Positions 30,429-32,000 of a stretch of DNA of 32,000 bases are shown here, piece after piece (within the stretch, counting starts at the first letter, position 1; the number at the start of each line of letters is the position of its first letter). The position numbers were made by a program, and so were the translations under genes. The notes beneath the pieces were generated by a model. The model saw only the letters and a program-made list of their open reading frames with translations. It was not told the DNA's origin and did not search any database. The stretch covers positions 1,050,001-1,082,000 of the forward strand of contig OY970170.1 of NCBI GenBank assembly GCA_963706795.1, in the 5' to 3' direction. The stretch comes from Candidatus Saccharimonadota bacterium (GTDB taxonomy: Bacteria > Patescibacteriota > Gracilibacteria > BD1-5 > UBA2023).

Positions 30429-30429
30429 C

Positions 30430-32000
30430 ATGAATCATTCTGCGATTCTTGTCACTGGTTGACTAGGATACATAGGCTCACACGCAGTCGTTGCACTTGA
30501 AGAAGCTGGATTTAAAACGATTATCATAGATAGTCTCGTAAATTCATCTATCGCATCACTGAATGGCATAGAGGATATCTTGGGATATCGTCCCGTTTTT
30601 TTTCGTGGTGACTTTGGCGATAAAGAACTCTTAACCAAGATATTCCACGACTACGATATTGAGCTCGTAGCACATTTTGCTGCACTAAAAATCCCAAAAG
30701 AAAGCTGTTACGAACCCTTTCGTTATTACGAAAATAATGTCGTAAGCACTATTGAGCTTGTGCGCGTAATGGAACAGTTCTGAGTCAAAAAGATTTTGTT
30801 TTCTAGTTCAGCAGCAGTATATCACCCAAATAACATCAGCCCCATCACTGAGGACTGAAGGACTGGCGCTGAGCATCCATATGCGGGAACTAAACTTGTT
30901 TGCGAGCGGATACTCGAGGACTTAGCTCGTCATGCAGATTTTTCGGTGGTCGCACTGCGATACTTCAACCCTGTCTGATCTCATATTTCTGGTAAAATTT
31001 GAGAAACGCCATCAGGTACTCCGGCGAATCTTTTCCCATATGTGCTTGATGTGGCAGCAGGGCTACGAGACACTGTTTTTATTTATGGGGAAGACTACGA
31101 TACGAGAGATGGTACAGGAGTACGAGACTATATTGACGTCAATGATCTGGTTGATGCACATGTACTTGCCGCGAAGCGACTATGTACTGATTGGGGAAAT
31201 CCTGGATTTCAAACATTCAATCTTTGAACCGAAAAAGGCACATCTGTCCGTGAGCTTATCCATGCGGTCGAAAAAGAATCGGGCAAAACTATTCATACAA
31301 CCTCTGCGCCACGAAGACTAGGTGATCTAGGTGAAGTCTATGCGTCCTTTGATAAGGCAAAAAAGATGCTTGGCTGGTATCCCAAGCGAAGCTTGATTGA
31401 ATCAGTTGCAACTGGTTGGAACTTCCGGAAATTTCGCGAAACCAATTCACTTCTCCTCTCTGTGTCACAATCATATAAACTCCTTCATGTACTCCCGTAT
31501 TTTCCTCCACATAAAGGGGGGTTGGAGGCGGTGGCAGAAGAAATCTCGCGTAATCTTGTTGCGTATAGATTTGCTGAGGTCTGTAATCTAACTTTTGATG
31601 TAGGGCAGACTTCAGAAGATTATATGATTGATGGATATCGAGTAATTTCGATTCCTGCATTTGAAATGGTTCACAATTTCCCATTCCCTAAATTCTGGAC
31701 TCCTCGTTTTTGGAAAGCCCTAAAAAAGGCGAAGGATTTTAATCCTGATGTCATTCAGACACACACTCGTTTCTTTCTCTCGACTTTTTTGGGTGGAGTT
31801 CTCTCAAAGCTTTGGAAAAAACCTTGGGTCCACATTGAGCATGGAAGTGGATTTGTTGTACATTCCAGTGGATTTATTGCAAAGGCTGCATATTTCTATG
31901 ACCAAATTCTGGGGAAGTGGAGTATTAAAAATGCAGATCGCGTTGTTGCTATTAGTGATGCTTGTGCAAAATTTGTTCAAGAAAAACTTAAAGGTCGTGA
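30430..32000 (+). CDS. galE: UDP-glucose 4-epimerase (GalE) domain fused in frame to a GT4-type glycosyltransferase domain; 3'-partial at the window edge
   Basis: From ATG 30430: MNHSAILVTG[G]LGYIGSH...SSSAAVYH...HPYAGTKLV (the YxxxK motif)...LRYFNPV[G]SHISGKI[G]ETP...DGTGVRDYIDVNDLVDAH...FNL[G]TEKGTSVRELI...RRLGDL...LGWYPKRSL. In-frame TGA lie at 30460, 30781, 30856, 30976, 31000 and 31225. No TAA/TAG follows the GalE domain (about nt 31440). The frame continues as ...SQSYKLLHVLPYFPPHKGGLEAVAEEISRNLV..., a GT4 N-terminal signature, to nt 32000. Every codon was checked by hand. Confidence 0.85.

Noticed and set aside
5400-31321. Many recognisable genes (murF, ychF, pcrA, pilD, galE, the permease, the M23 peptidase) appear as two to five short ORF fragments in the supplied track, which looks like massive pseudogenisation.
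   Set aside because: All fragments of each gene are collinear and in the same frame. They are separated only by TGA, never by TAA/TAG or frameshifts. TGA coincides with conserved Gly positions. The cause is stop-codon reassignment, not decay. The one true frameshift is in the GT2 gene.
1-32000. Searched for mobile elements, prophage genes, CRISPR arrays, rRNA and tRNA.
   Set aside because: No integrase, transposase or phage-like ORFs, no terminal inverted repeats flanking a cargo, no regularly spaced non-coding repeats, and no rRNA- or tRNA-like sequence recognisable by eye. A profile-based scan (tRNAscan-SE, Infernal) would be needed for certainty.

Overview
This 32-kb window is densely coded and makes sense only if TGA is read as glycine (genetic code 25, as in Gracilibacteria/Absconditabacteria of the CPR/Patescibacteria). 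In the supplied standard-code ORF track almost every recognisable gene is cut at in-frame TGA codons. Several of these fall on invariant Gly positions: GalE VTG[G]LGYIGSH, YchF AGLVE[G]ASKGEGLGN, the MurF P-loop GTV[G]KST, and PcrA/UvrD. Re-joining the fragments by hand gives about 23 genes with no pseudogene decay.

Genes, left to right:
- A giant surface protein, 5'-truncated. It has a T4SS-pilin-like N-terminus, a PKD array, one TM helix and a Pro-rich tail with six xPDWLK motifs.
- A second PKD membrane protein.
- An oversized 622-aa type IV pilin-like protein.
- On the minus strand: a minor-pilin-like gene invisible in the standard-code track, a 488-aa membrane-anchored protein, a conserved hypothetical, prepilin peptidase PilD, a RecO-like gene (also invisible in the track), and a 644-aa membrane protein.
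- Housekeeping genes: murF, ychF, an M23 peptidase with SLH domains, pcrA/uvrD, an MBL-fold hydrolase, an APC permease and a malic enzyme.
- Two orphan proteins.
- A glycan cluster: DUF2304, a GT2 with a 1-nt frameshift in its DXD motif, and a GalE ORF that reads without a stop into a GT4 domain.

Several A-tract/hairpin/T-tract terminators and a 123-nt imperfect hairpin downstream of ychF are visible. I saw no rRNA, tRNA, CRISPR array, transposase or integrase.

The most interesting part is the left 13 kb, a candidate cell-surface/attachment island. All coordinates and translations were derived by hand from the sequence. No database searches were run, so family names are motif-based recognitions.
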